This document shows, piece by piece, positions 12,060 through 23,864 of a DNA stretch of 64,000 nucleotides. Both the position numbers and the translations under genes were made by a program. The DNA lies in assembly GCF_006345805.1 (NCBI RefSeq), contig NC_042998.1:115382001-115446000 (forward strand), written 5' to 3'. The notes under the pieces are model-generated. The model had not been told where the DNA came from, searched no databases, and saw nothing but the letters and a program-made list of their open reading frames with translations. The DNA comes from Octopus sinensis. Taxonomy: Eukaryota. Position 1 is the stretch's first letter, and each line of letters begins with the position of its first letter.

Positions 12060-12716
12060 CTTATATATATATATATAGAGAGACAGGGGGGGGGGCAGGT
12101 GATTTGTGTCATGTGATATATAAAGCCTTTGAGGATCCTTACTGTTAACATCGAATCCATTAGTACCTGTTGAATGGTCGGGTCATCATCGACTAAACCA
12201 GCGCGCTCACTAAGCTTGCCTATTGAGGAGGATTCTAGAAACCTTGGAGCACTAGAAACAAGACCTCCCAAAAAGACGGGTAAATCAAGAGTAGGTTCAA
12301 CGATTGCCTAGAAATAGCATGGTCCCTCAGAAATTCCATGTATCCGGCGTGATGGAACACCACTCGGAGTGAAGCATCCCTTACCTTTTTCTAAAGCATT
12401 CTCTGTGAGGAGGACACACTGATAAAAAAAAAAAGCAAACAGATGTGCAGAGAATGGTATTGAATATTTCGTGTATCTTTTATTTGCACTTGAAATCTTA
12501 GCGTTCTCGCATTTCTGCGACTGTGAGCCATATTGGCAATGAATATCTTACACTGGCCTTTTTCTGGATCATGTCAGAAGGATGGAGTTAGTTCGTGAGG
12601 TTCTGCGCAAGTTTTATTGCACCTAAAAGCTTACGTTATATAACCCCCGGTGAAGCGACTCTGAAATGCCTGGTCGAGTTGGAAAACTCTGACACGAACC
12701 CGAGTGAAGCCAATTG

Positions 12717-12910
12717 CTGGTGCAATAATCTCATGCACATACATTGTTGGTGTTTTGCATGTGCAATGCTCAGCGACGGTCCTCGTCGGACACACATGTA
12801 AGTAAATATGATTGTGGTTTTGGTTGTCTATTCGTGTCCGACGTGGATCGTCGCTGACCATTGCTCATGCAAAACACCAGCAATGTGTGTGCATGAGTTT
12901 ATTGCACCAG
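12717..12910. repeat. 77-bp inverted repeat, 40-bp spacer
   Basis: 12717-12793 vs reverse complement of 12834-12910: 7 mismatches by eye. Confidence 0.9.
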
Positions 12911-13150
12911 TAAGGATCCTTATTGTTAACATATCAACACATACACACACGCATACATATATATATATGATTCTAAATAATTGTAACTCATGCTCTCTCC
13001 TGTATGCTACCAGTTACAAGCAATTAACGAAATGTATTCTAATCGAAATTAGCGAAACAGAGATATACGAACGAGGTACCTTTTGACAACTCGCCTGACA
13101 CCGTATATCTGCACCGATTGATTCACTACAGCTATGTGTGCAGAAACTCA

Positions 13151-13192
13151 CTCGTGAGGGCCCGATGCACGATGGGTCGAAACGATCGTAGT
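13151..13192 (+). ncRNA. Degenerate hammerhead-like motif
   Basis: CTCGTGA-G-GGCCC-loop-GGGTC-GAAAC-GATC-GTA; palindrome ACGATCGT, mutated core. Confidence 0.45.
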
Positions 13193-14067
13193 CATTATTA
13201 AACTCGTGAATTCCATTTCCTCTTTCTGTTATATGCTCTGTCTCTCCCCCTCTCGCTTGCACTCTCTGTCTGTCTGCCTCTCTCTCTCTGTATATATATA
13301 TATAATATATATATATATATGATACTTTTTTCTGCTTTCATGCGTTAAGCATCTGTAAATTTCGACCTAGTGATAAGTGACATACAACAACAGACATTTC
13401 TGACATACTTTATCCTTCTGTGTGCTATGAATCTATATAGCGCATTTGTTTCCAGCGCCTGAAGATCTTGACGAACTTCCATCCCAAATATTTTCACATT
13501 AACAGACTTCATTGGTTTACTCCCAAATATGGAAGCACACAACATGTAAACTTTTTTCCAACCGAATTTATGCCAGATCACTTTTTTGTCCATTTGGAAA
13601 CAAAAACGGAACAACTATCATTGTATCAACGGGATACATAAATAAAAACAGCAAAAGTCGATATATAAGGGAAACAAAAATTAGATGTGAATATTTCATA
13701 CTTGCTTTTACTGATGACTAAAAACTTACACAAAATTTAAAGCACAAACATGATTTAGTTCTCTTACAAAACAAAATGAGCCGCCAGAACAAAATGCTTC
13801 CATGAAAGAAAGAAAAAGAGAGTTGGGTATTTTCTCATGTATTTACCCAGAAGTTATACAGGTGAATTCAAGCCTTCATTTAACGGTTTATCAAAATCTA
13901 TTGTCGTTTGAATATCAGAACAGAAATCCCTTACCAATGAAAGTAATGCACTCGTCGCCATCTTAGCCCTCAAACTGAACCTAGTGCTGCAACTAAACAA
14001 TTATGTTAATAGAATGCCCATGAAACCGCGCAGACATGACATACTTTTTTGCTGTGAAAGTCTACCA

Positions 14068-14102
14068 TTGACAAGGCTCAGGAAGGCCGAAATCACGTGA
14101 TC
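14068..14102 (+). ncRNA. Hammerhead-like motif with UUGACAA core
   Basis: TTGACAA-GGCT-CAGGAA-GGCC-GAAA-TCACGTGA-TC; 10-nt palindrome ATCACGTGAT; stem I poor. Confidence 0.55.
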
Positions 14103-15877
14103 TCTTTGTTCCGAAACGGTAGCCGACAATTATATCTTTCCGCTAGCGATAAAAAACAAAAGTCCTTATTTGCACCACAATTTCATGGTAAATAATGGAG
14201 TATTCTATGTTCTAACACAACTTCCAGTTGTGAGTGAGAATGGATTTATAACCACACACATACTCACTCACATACACATACACATATAGATATATATACA
14301 TATATACATATTTCATAACAATAATACATGATTGAGTGTTAAATAGATTTCAAAGCAATAAATTATATCAGAAATTACATACAATGAAGTTTTTCAATGG
14401 AAAAAAAAAAGGAATATGAAGAAAAAAATTTCATTTTTTGTAACTTCCAATGTGGTGTATGAAGAAGAATTGTTTGCCGCTCTTTTTGTTTCTTATTGCT
14501 GGCGGAAACTTGAAATGTTTCAAGCTGATATTGCTTTGAATATATAGCTTTTAAGACAGGTTCAAGACGTGATTGGTTACTAACACAATGACGTCACTTA
14601 TTTCTGTCTAGCTTAGGCGATAAATGCAAGAGATGTCACTCAATTGCCAATCAAGACTTCGCACCATATCCTAAAAACTATCTATATATGCTCTGTGTAA
14701 TTTCAGCTTGAAATAGTTCAGATGAATAAAAGGATTTTAGACAAACATGCAACATTAAATCAATAGGTGCTTCTCAAAAACTCTCTCCACAGGCTTGGCT
14801 GTTTTATAAAAATACTTTTAAATATAATGTATTTATAAGCCATTGAACAGTTTGTGTTAAAATTTAATAAACTTTTGTGTCACTATTAGGACAGTGCATG
14901 CATATGCATTGCCAATGACGGAAATATGGTGATACGCTGGTATTAATTGTATATATAAGACATGATATAATATAAATGTTGGCTATGAATAGATATTTTA
15001 AAAAAGCAGTCAAAGAAGGTTCCTTTTAAAGCTAAATTATGCTCTTTGTTGTAATCTTTGGATACCTCTATATGTCAGGCTTTTACTTAAGACTAAAAAA
15101 ATTAGTCTAAATTGATATAGATATTTACAAGTATATCAAATAGCACATAACATAAATTCTTGAGATACTATAGAGGAAAAGAATAGGATTATTGTCTACA
15201 GGTAAAAATGATAGTCATATACGTGTGATTCTGCTTCAGTCGACCTCATTAGTCCTTTATCTCCGATAACCAAGCGAGTTGGACATATACAAAAACAGTA
15301 GAACATTTATGGTCTAGGTAATTTGCATAATCTAAACAAAAATGATCAAGGGTATTAAATAAGATCGGCCAGTGATATATATTTAAACGACATAGACAAA
15401 TACAGGGATATCAAATCCCATACAATATCAATTATTGATTTATTAAAACTATCTCCCTCTTTAGAGGATGTGTGCCAGTTACCAAACTTTATAGTAGTAT
15501 ATATTTTATTATAATGTCTAGCATTGACATCCATGTTGTCAAAAATGGCAAGTTTGTTAATGATAGAAATTAGCAAAACCATTCAAACAATAGTATTAAC
15601 TCTTGATTCATGATAGATTTATTACTTAAAAAGTCTGCGCATTCTTTATACAGCTGCTTCTGTTTTTTTTTTACGTCACTGAAGCTTTAGCATAATTATA
15701 GTTTGGTGTCACTCCTCCTTGACATTGTGTGTTCCACAATCTTGTGACAGATGCATATCATTTCGCAAAAATTTGGTAGAGATATGTTCATAAAATTTCT
15801 CTTCTCCTCACGAATTTATTTTCTCATTGCTCTATTTAAAATTCATGTTTTTTTCTCAACTAATCTATCACAGCAAA

Positions 15878-15906
15878 CATACATACATGCATACATACGT
15901 GCGTAC

Positions 15907-15937
<31 letters not shown>

Positions 15938-16045
15938 CATAAATACATACATACATACATACATACATACATACATACATACATACATACATACATACAT
16001 GCATACATATATACATACATACATACATATATACATACATACGTG
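15878..16045. repeat. (TACA)n microsatellite
   Basis: Direct reading. Confidence 0.95.
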
Positions 16046-17009
16046 CGTACGTATGTATATTCATATGTTCTGGGTATAACACTAATCTGCATCGGGTGGT
16101 TACGTTCCAGCTCTGGAGGGATGGTGAGGATTCATTTCTCAGTTACCTTTATTCCTAGATCCATTCAGATCCGGAACAATAGTACATGTAAGGGTTATAT
16201 AAATTTCACCGGATTGAGGAGACTGCCGTTATTTTTCACAAAGCCATTGGAAGGCAGCTATTCTAGGAGACGGTTACACTGCATAACATTTTCAGTCGAA
16301 ATAAGACCAATTGTATTGCAATGTTTGTCACTGAAACTTACTATGGTGACCGAGGGAATGGCAAAAATATTATATAGTCTTTTGTCAGTCAAATCCAATG
16401 ACTTGCAAATATTTCTCTATCATCTCAGCTCCTGATCCGTTTTTGTATTTTATAAAGTTCTATAGTCACGTGTAAGTGGCGTTGTGTGTAGACTTGACTG
16501 CATTCTCATCGGCTATTAATGGCAATAGATACTATAAAAAAAACGTTAAGTAAAAGGGAAGTTACTCTAATAGGTAGTAAAAATATAAAAGATAAAAAAT
16601 ACACGCAACCATATTCTCACAATACATAGAGATAAAACCTCCTGCATTCATAAAGTCTTCATACGCACACACTCACACAAACAAGAAGAACAGTCTCGAA
16701 AGTAATGGCAGCTTTTTAGAAAGAAGGAAAAACCTCCTCGAGACAGTACTTCTTGATACACCAAAAATTTTGGCTATTTTTCTTACGCAAGCGCCTGCCA
16801 TACAATCACCATCAATTTGACCTCATTGAAAATCCGATAGATCTGTCATTTTCATGAATTTCAGTTACCATTTTCTGATGATATCTGAAAAGAAACAGCA
16901 ATTTTAGCAAAGCATATTAAACAACACTAATAATAAAAAAAAACATAAAAATAAACAAACATCTAGCGGTTTTATAGATATTTCAAAATTATGATGCTAT
17001 GATGCTAGT

Positions 17010-17038
17010 TGTTTCCATTATTTTGTTCAACCCCTGTA
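17010..17038 (-). mobile_element. Possible isolated Tc1-like terminal inverted repeat
   Basis: Minus reads TA-CAGGGGTTGAACAAAATAATGGAAAC, like Tc1 TIRs; no partner TIR found in window. Confidence 0.35.
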
Positions 17039-17516
17039 TAGTCATAACATGCCGGCAGGAAAATAACATCACTAGATGAGACAAGCTGACACTGAATTAA
17101 CTTCGCTGATTGACAGGTGACGGTCTCGTTTAGAGAATACGTGGGCTAAGACTACGCGCCTTCATTGGTCAGTTAAATTTGAGAAAGGGTCACGTGACAA
17201 CTTGCTGGGGCTGTCTACTGGAACCTGGCAGCAGGTACTTAAAAGGAAGTTTGACAAGACAGTCAGTCGCCCGCTGACACTTGTTGACACTACATCGAAG
17301 AGGCCAGGGAACAGAAGAAAGAAGAAGAAAGAAGACATGCACCCAACATCTAAGCTGAAGACACCTCCGAAAGGGGGGAGCCACGTCAAAACGGTAGAGA
17401 AGTGGGGGCCGAAACCGGACATGGTTCCTCCTGATGATGTCTTGAGCTCTTGAGCTAACTGGATCCTATAAAGGAGCTGTTGTGGTAGCAGACCACGAAA
17501 CGAGGTTGAAATTCCT

Positions 17517-17560
<44 letters not shown>

Positions 17561-17758
17561 TATATATATATATAAGTAGATAAATGGTACGAAAAGGCAC
17601 CAATATTTACTGGAAAATAGCAATCGTAATAAATACGACACTATTGTATAGCTTCACTGCGTATATATTAGCAAAGACGCTTATGTGCAACAAACATGAA
17701 AAAAATTTGTCTTACCTCTAGGAAGAACATCTGATAAATGGACAACCTAGAATCGGAT

Positions 17759-17831
17759 AATACAAAACCGGTTTCTGACTCTTCAAATACGTTTGACAAC
17801 GTAAATTTGATTAGTCTTCATCAGCTGTATT
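17759..17831 (-). ncRNA. Type I hammerhead ribozyme motif, complete fold
   Basis: Minus: AATACAG-CTGATGA-A-GACT...AGTC-A-GAAAC-CG-GTT-TTGTATT; 7-bp stem I, extended stem II, palindrome AACCGGTT. Confidence 0.85.
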
Positions 17832-18166
17832 TACCTAGACAAGATTTCAAATGTTGCCACATCTATACCAGTATACTCGTCTGAACGCCAAAACGTTAAC
17901 AGAACGAGAACAGTGAAGAAGTTTCAATGAAAATAATAATGCAGTACGAATGTATTACTTTCCAGTAAAAGATAGCCCATATATAAATTTTCTTTTTTAC
18001 CTGTTTTGTCATTCAACAGCTCGACAAATATTTCCATAATTCTCAATTTTAATGTGTTTTGATTTATATACAACACTAACTATGGATACTTATTGTTTGT
18101 GATAATGGAATAAGCAGATGCGATTCAAAAGGAAACAGCTGGGATTTAATTGAACAACTTTTTATA

Positions 18167-18215
<49 letters not shown>

Positions 18216-18253
18216 TATACTCACATGCACACACACACACATATATATATATG

Positions 18254-18284
<31 letters not shown>

Positions 18285-18342
18285 ATATGGGTTGGTGTGG
18301 TGTGTGTTGTGTGTGTGTGTTGAAACACTCTTGTCACAACGT

Positions 18343-18386
18343 GGGACCTTGAAGACTGTTTTAATGCAAGAAAGTATACTAGTCCC
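18343..18386 (+). ncRNA. Type I hammerhead-like motif, CUA triplet
   Basis: GGGAC-CTTGAAGA-CTG...CAA-GAAAG-TATA-CTA-GTCCC; 5-bp stem I, palindrome AGTATACT. Confidence 0.65.
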
Positions 18387-18671
18387 TTAATATTTTATAA
18401 TATTTTATATTCAATATTTCATCTATTCAATAAGACAATATATACTTTATTTCATTTTACTATATATATCATTTATACTACATATTCTATATTCTACATT
18501 AATATTATAAAGAATATAAATAAAACATAAAAAAACATAAAAAACAGTTGGAATTTCTTTGAATAATATGTATATAAATATACTTATCTTGCATTTATTT
18601 TCTTTCCTCCACCTCACTCTCTATTTTGTATAACATCTAATCTAACTATGACTTAACCATCCTTTCCCACC

Positions 18672-18712
18672 GTCTCCGATGAAGGGATATAATTAATAAA
18701 CAGCTGTAAGAC
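18672..18712 (+). ncRNA. Deleted hammerhead remnant (family of 60469-60516)
   Basis: GTCT-CCGATGA-AGGGATATAAT...AAAC-AGCT-GTA-AGAC; stem II 3' strand lost. Confidence 0.5.
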
Positions 18713-18781
18713 CATCTATCTATAAATGCTCTAATATCTATACAGTCTTGGTTTTTTATCTTATTACGCAAAAAATTCTTG

Positions 18782-18805
<24 letters not shown>

Positions 18806-18812
<7 letters not shown>

Positions 18813-19000
18813 CGAAAGTTTACGAAAATAAACAAAAGACTCAGGTAGGTGGAGTACAAACAAACAAATTTATTAGTATAGCGCTCAGGAATAGAAAAAG
18901 TCTTTTACGTTTCGAGCCTACGCTCTTCGACAAAAAGATACACAGAAAAAAACAAGGAGAGAAAAAATGCGTGTAGGAGCTAACGATCTATCATGGCGTA
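18806..19000 (-). mobile_element. Solo PLE terminal repeat, same family as 41280-41510, with hammerhead-like motif at 18901-18938
   Basis: Reverse complement aligns to 41300-41510; motif TCTTT-TTGTCGA-A-GAGC-GTAG-GCTC-GAAAC-GTA-AAAGA. Confidence 0.75.
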
Positions 19001-19049
19001 TATATATATGTAGGAGCTAACGATCTATCATGGCGTATATATATATATT

Positions 19050-21616
19050 TTCTTCCACGAGAACGAAGATCTAAAATCGAACCGGACAACAGCATCGTCC
19101 GAATACGGCCGGCTTTTTAAAACATTGGTTACGCCGCCACCGAACCCAAGACTGAAGAAGTTTGAGGACGACTTGTGGGACATAGTTAGAAAGATTAAGT
19201 TCAGGAAGTCACCCAGGAGAAATGCCTACCTCAGATACCTAGATAAAATTACCAAGGACATTAATAGAACGGACGGAGTCCTGGTCCAGTCCGACAAGAC
19301 CAGGAACACATACAAGATGCCCATTAAGCAGTAGCTAGATTTACTCGGTAAAGAGATCAAGAAAAATTATAGAAAAACCAATTGGAGTACCCTGAGGAAG
19401 GTAAACTTGGAAATTAAGGAAATAATATTTAAACACCGAATTCAAATGAGAACTCAGCCGCTTAGCCCCAAGCAACCCAGATTTATAGTGAAGGACCATA
19501 AACCTAACTTCCACACCAACCCAGCGCTAAGACTCATATGCCCTGCTAGATCTGATATCGGGATAATCAGTAAGTACATTTTAGATAAATATATCCCTAG
19601 TTTAGTAAACAAGCTGAAGCTCAGCCTCTGGGCCAACTCCTCGCAGGTAGTGAAGTGGTTCTCTTCCATCCCAATAAGAACCGTACTAGGTTCATTCAGT
19701 TTGATATCGCCAGCTTCTACCCCTCGATTAACCCTAGTGTGCTAAATAAGGCCCTCTGGCATGCTCACAACAAGGCTGGCCTCACCAGAGAAGAGATAGA
19801 TATCATTTTAGTTGCCAGGAAATCGTTTATTAAGTTTGATAATAAGTTGTGGATCCGTAAAGATACTCCCAATGAATTTGATGTGCCTATGGGTAGTTCG
19901 GATAGTGCGCAGATAGCCGATTTGGTCGGAATATATATTCTCTACGAATTGTCCGACCAATCCCGGAGATCGCGGGCGGCCTGTATCGTGACGATTGTCT
20001 GTTTTACCCGCAAAACACCACGAACAGAATAGTGCAGAAAACTAAGAGCAGGTTAGCTAGGTTTTTTAATAGAATGGGCATGAGTATAGTTTTTGATAAT
20101 GAACTCACCAAGGCTAATTTCCTAGACGTTACACTTAACCTTAATAGCGACTCATACTGCCCTTACCATAAGCCTTCCACTAATTTGAAGTATGTCAGTG
20201 TCTTCTCAAATCATGCCAAAACCGTAACAGACAATTTGGTTAAAAACATCTCTCTAAGATTGTCTGGCTTGTCCGCCAGTGCCGATATTTTTATGCAGAA
20301 AGCGGAATTTTATAACGCCGCACTATCCAAGGCCGGTTATAGGCAGAAGGTAATTTATATTGATCCGGCCCTTCCGATGCCATCATTCGGTCATCAGGAT
20401 AGGGCCGTATATAATAACATAACATTTTAAGTAAGGACGGGAGCGCGGCGGATGCCGGGGTAGTCGCTCCCGCATTTAATTTAGCGAACAAGGATAATTA
20501 TCGGTCCGGGAGGTCTTACACTAACCCAAGACCCGTTATTCATCCGAGAATCACCCACCCGAATGCGAGAGCTGGCGTCCCGACCCATCACACTGATAGG
20601 AATAAGCATATATGGTTTGTAATCCCCTTTGGTAAGCAGATTAGAACTAACCTCTCCCTCATGTTTAGACAAGCCATCGCCAATAACTTCCCCAGAAATT
20701 CCAAATATTACTCCACGGTTAACTCACATAAAGTTAGGATAGCTTTCTCCAACACTAAAAACCTCGCCCTGATAATCGCCTCCCATAATAATAGGCTACT
20801 TACTAAGACCCTATCACCTTTTTCCGGAGGCACAGCCTCTTCCGCTCCCGGTTTAATGCTCTCAGTAGGAATAATTATAGTAGTAATAATGATATGAGAG
20901 CCAGTACAGTGACACATAATCTCAGCTCCAGCCAGGGAGTACCCACTAGGGGTATAGTTATAAATAGGGGTGTTGTGGTTGACGGTAACAATGGGAGTAG
21001 GGTAGAGAGCCCCAATAGCATCCCCAGCATCATTTCCCGCAATAGCAGCACCACGGGCAGTAGCAATGACAGCACTCTGATAGATAGTGGAGAATCAGGG
21101 GTTATTCCTATAGTTAATAGTGACGTAGTGGAAAATAGAGTAGTAAGCGGCTGCAGGTCTCGGAACGAATATAGTGACAGGAACGCAGTTCTAATTTCAG
21201 AAACTAATCCTAGCAGATTAAGATTCACGTCGGCGAACTCCAAGATCAAAAACGCCGTCTACCAATGCAAGGTTTACACGGACTCAGATGTCTTCACTTA
21301 TGTAGGGGCATCATCCTCAAGATTGTCTTTGCGTGTCTCCAACCATTACGCAACTTTTCGGGACATGAACAAGCGCCAGACCACGGGACTCAGTAAGCTA
21401 ATATGGCGACTGAAGGATACGAACTTAAGCTATAGGCTGGAATGGTCAATTTTGTCGGTGGCCCTCCCATTTGATAGGGGCAGAAGACAGTGCAACCTTT
21501 GTGTCTCCGAACTCTTCCATATTTTGTTTGCCAGAGGCCGGATGGTAAACGGGCTCTTACAGTCGGCTTTTCGATGCCCCCATTGGCGGCGTTACACTTA
21601 TCTGGCTTTTAAATAG
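19050..21616 (+). pseudogene. Penelope-like element 1: reverse transcriptase + GIY-YIG endonuclease, interrupted
   Basis: Motifs FEDDL, KDHKPNF, RLICP, FDIASFYPSI, PMGS, YRDD (19984-19995), PYHKP, IWF, AVY..YVG (21254-21307), CNLC..CPH; one in-frame TAG (19332) and four frameshifts. Confidence 0.92.
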
Positions 21617-22208
21617 CGTTTATAAATAATACCGGCACCCATAGCCCTTGGTAACAAATTCTGAAATAGCCTTTAAGATATCTACGATTAACCACTGCAA
21701 GGGGAATTACTCCTGTAAGACAAACGGGGCTGGTTTTTCACAGCGGGGGTTTCCTTGACAAGGCAGGCTTAGATGAACACACACACACATAAAACATAAT
21801 ATATATTTTTTTTTTCTTTCTGCCACCCAACGGTTATCACGGCAGTAGCCACTGACAGCCGAACGATCAAACGCACACACGTACACAAAAAATGTTTTCT
21901 ACCCCTACGCCAACACACACATATATAGAACAGTATACACACACACACGTCTCTAAGTAGATTTTTTCTCGTCCCTTATAAAACATCCAATATTCCTTAA
22001 ATAGTCAGAACTTTATTCTCGGTCACAAAGAACATCTATACACCCTCACCCACATGATTGACCGATGCCTGACCCGTTGAATTCTTCAGCCACCGGTTCT
22101 CAACATACACTGATAAACAGTTTCGCCATGGGCTCTTAGGAGCTTAGTTCGATTTGTTTTGCTCCGCCTCTGTTCTGTTTTTGTTTTTCCAACGGATTTC
22201 CTTTTTTC

Positions 22209-22288
22209 TTCCTGAAGAGAAAGACACAATATGGTCCCATTATTCAATCGGATTTTGGTAATTTGTGCCTTTCGAAACACGTGTAGAA
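22209..22288 (+). ncRNA. Type I hammerhead ribozyme motif, canonical core
   Basis: TTC-CTGAAGA-GAAAGACACAA...TTGTGCCTTTC-GAAAC-ACGT-GTA-GAA; stem II 10/11 bp; AATAAA follows at 22292. Confidence 0.85.
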
Positions 22289-22346
22289 TGAAATAAAACG
22301 ATTTCTGTTCAATCTGCGTTCAGCTCCATTTCTTCAATTCACCAAT

Positions 22347-22377
<31 letters not shown>

Positions 22378-22984
22378 AACCTGCTAATGAAGGATTATCA
22401 ATCCTTGAAAACTATTTCATAAGATCTCTATTGGCACACAAAGCTAACATTATTATTAAGATTAATGAAGAACTCCAGGTATTCTTATGCTATATACATA
22501 TGTGCATGTGTATTTATATTTATATGCATACACATTTATAAGTAGATATTAGTCATAAGTAATTTCAAAGTGGCACCTGGCGAAGACTTTAACCATATTT
22601 CATATTACAGTCACACTTTGAGCACCCTAGGCTATTCAAATAAAGAGTTACTGTTAAGAGAATGATTTCCCGTTATCTGCAATTTCTTTTAGAGTATTTG
22701 TCCAGAAACGATTTCGAAGATATGAGCTATTTTTCTTACCATATACGTCTTGATAATTCTGTCGTGAATTTCTGTTATGGTGCGCGTTCGACATTTGTAG
22801 AGGTAGGATAGAATGCTCTAGTTAAATATTAATGAATTGACTAATAATTATTTTAGAATGTGTGAGTTCACAGAACGAACGTGTGAGTTTATTATTGGCA
22901 TTATGACCCTTCCGAGACCCAATAAAATCTATTTCGGCGCACAAGTTTACATCAAAGACCTTGCAAACTAAATCTAAACAATAC

Positions 22985-23034
<50 letters not shown>

Positions 23035-23085
23035 GTATATATATGTATATAGTGTATATATGTATATAAATGTATATACATATAT

Positions 23086-23159
<74 letters not shown>

Positions 23160-23345
23160 TATATATATATACATATACACGTGTATATATAGATGTATGT
23201 ATGCACATATCTAAATGTTTATATATGTGTGTGTGTATATATATATATATATGTATGTATGTATATAGACACACACATATACACATATACACATATATAT
23301 ATAAATAATTATATATATACATATATACGTATATATACATATATA
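22985..23345. repeat. (CA)n/(TA)n compound microsatellite
   Basis: Direct reading. Confidence 0.9.
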
Positions 23346-23826
23346 AATATATATTTGTATAAATGCGTATGTATGTGTGTGACGTGTCTGTCTGTACGTG
23401 TGCGCGCGCGTGCGTTTTGTATTAGATTCAAATTGACAAAAGTCAACCATTACAAAACTCCGTTTAACATGATCGTGTCAAAAATATTTTTAGTTTTTGC
23501 TTGTTAAATGTTGATCACAAGAGAGATATTTCCAAACTTTCAGAATGCCACGAAGACATCCGTGGCAGTTTTCACTTATATTTTTATACTATTTTTCAAT
23601 AAGGGGAAAGAGGAAATGGCATGTAAAGAACTTATTGAAATATAGCAAAGACAAAACCGATACGCGCTGTTCTAACAATCGTTGATAATATCCATAGAGA
23701 AAAATCTAATATGATGAAAGATAAATACATACATACATACATACATACATACATACATACAAGCATGCATGCATATATATGTATATAATGTGAATATATG
23801 TATGTATATGTATAAATGTATGTATA

Positions 23827-23864
<38 letters not shown>

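Noticed and set aside
15355-16435. Possible exons or TE protein in 15355-15582 and 16080-16435
   Set aside because: No recognisable motif in any frame; stops nearby; no convincing splice pair.
17162-17641. 159-aa minus and 83-aa plus ORFs
   Set aside because: Cross a (TA)n array, no motif; region better explained as a non-coding repeat.
21755-21775. TTGACAAGGC in the PLE 1 3' UTR
   Set aside because: Matches the U3-A8 core start but no stem II closure or GAAA follows.
22105-22142. Minus-strand GCC-CAT-GGC-GAAACTG...CAGTG motif
   Set aside because: Core not CUGANGA, triplet GUG is non-cleavable, no stem I.
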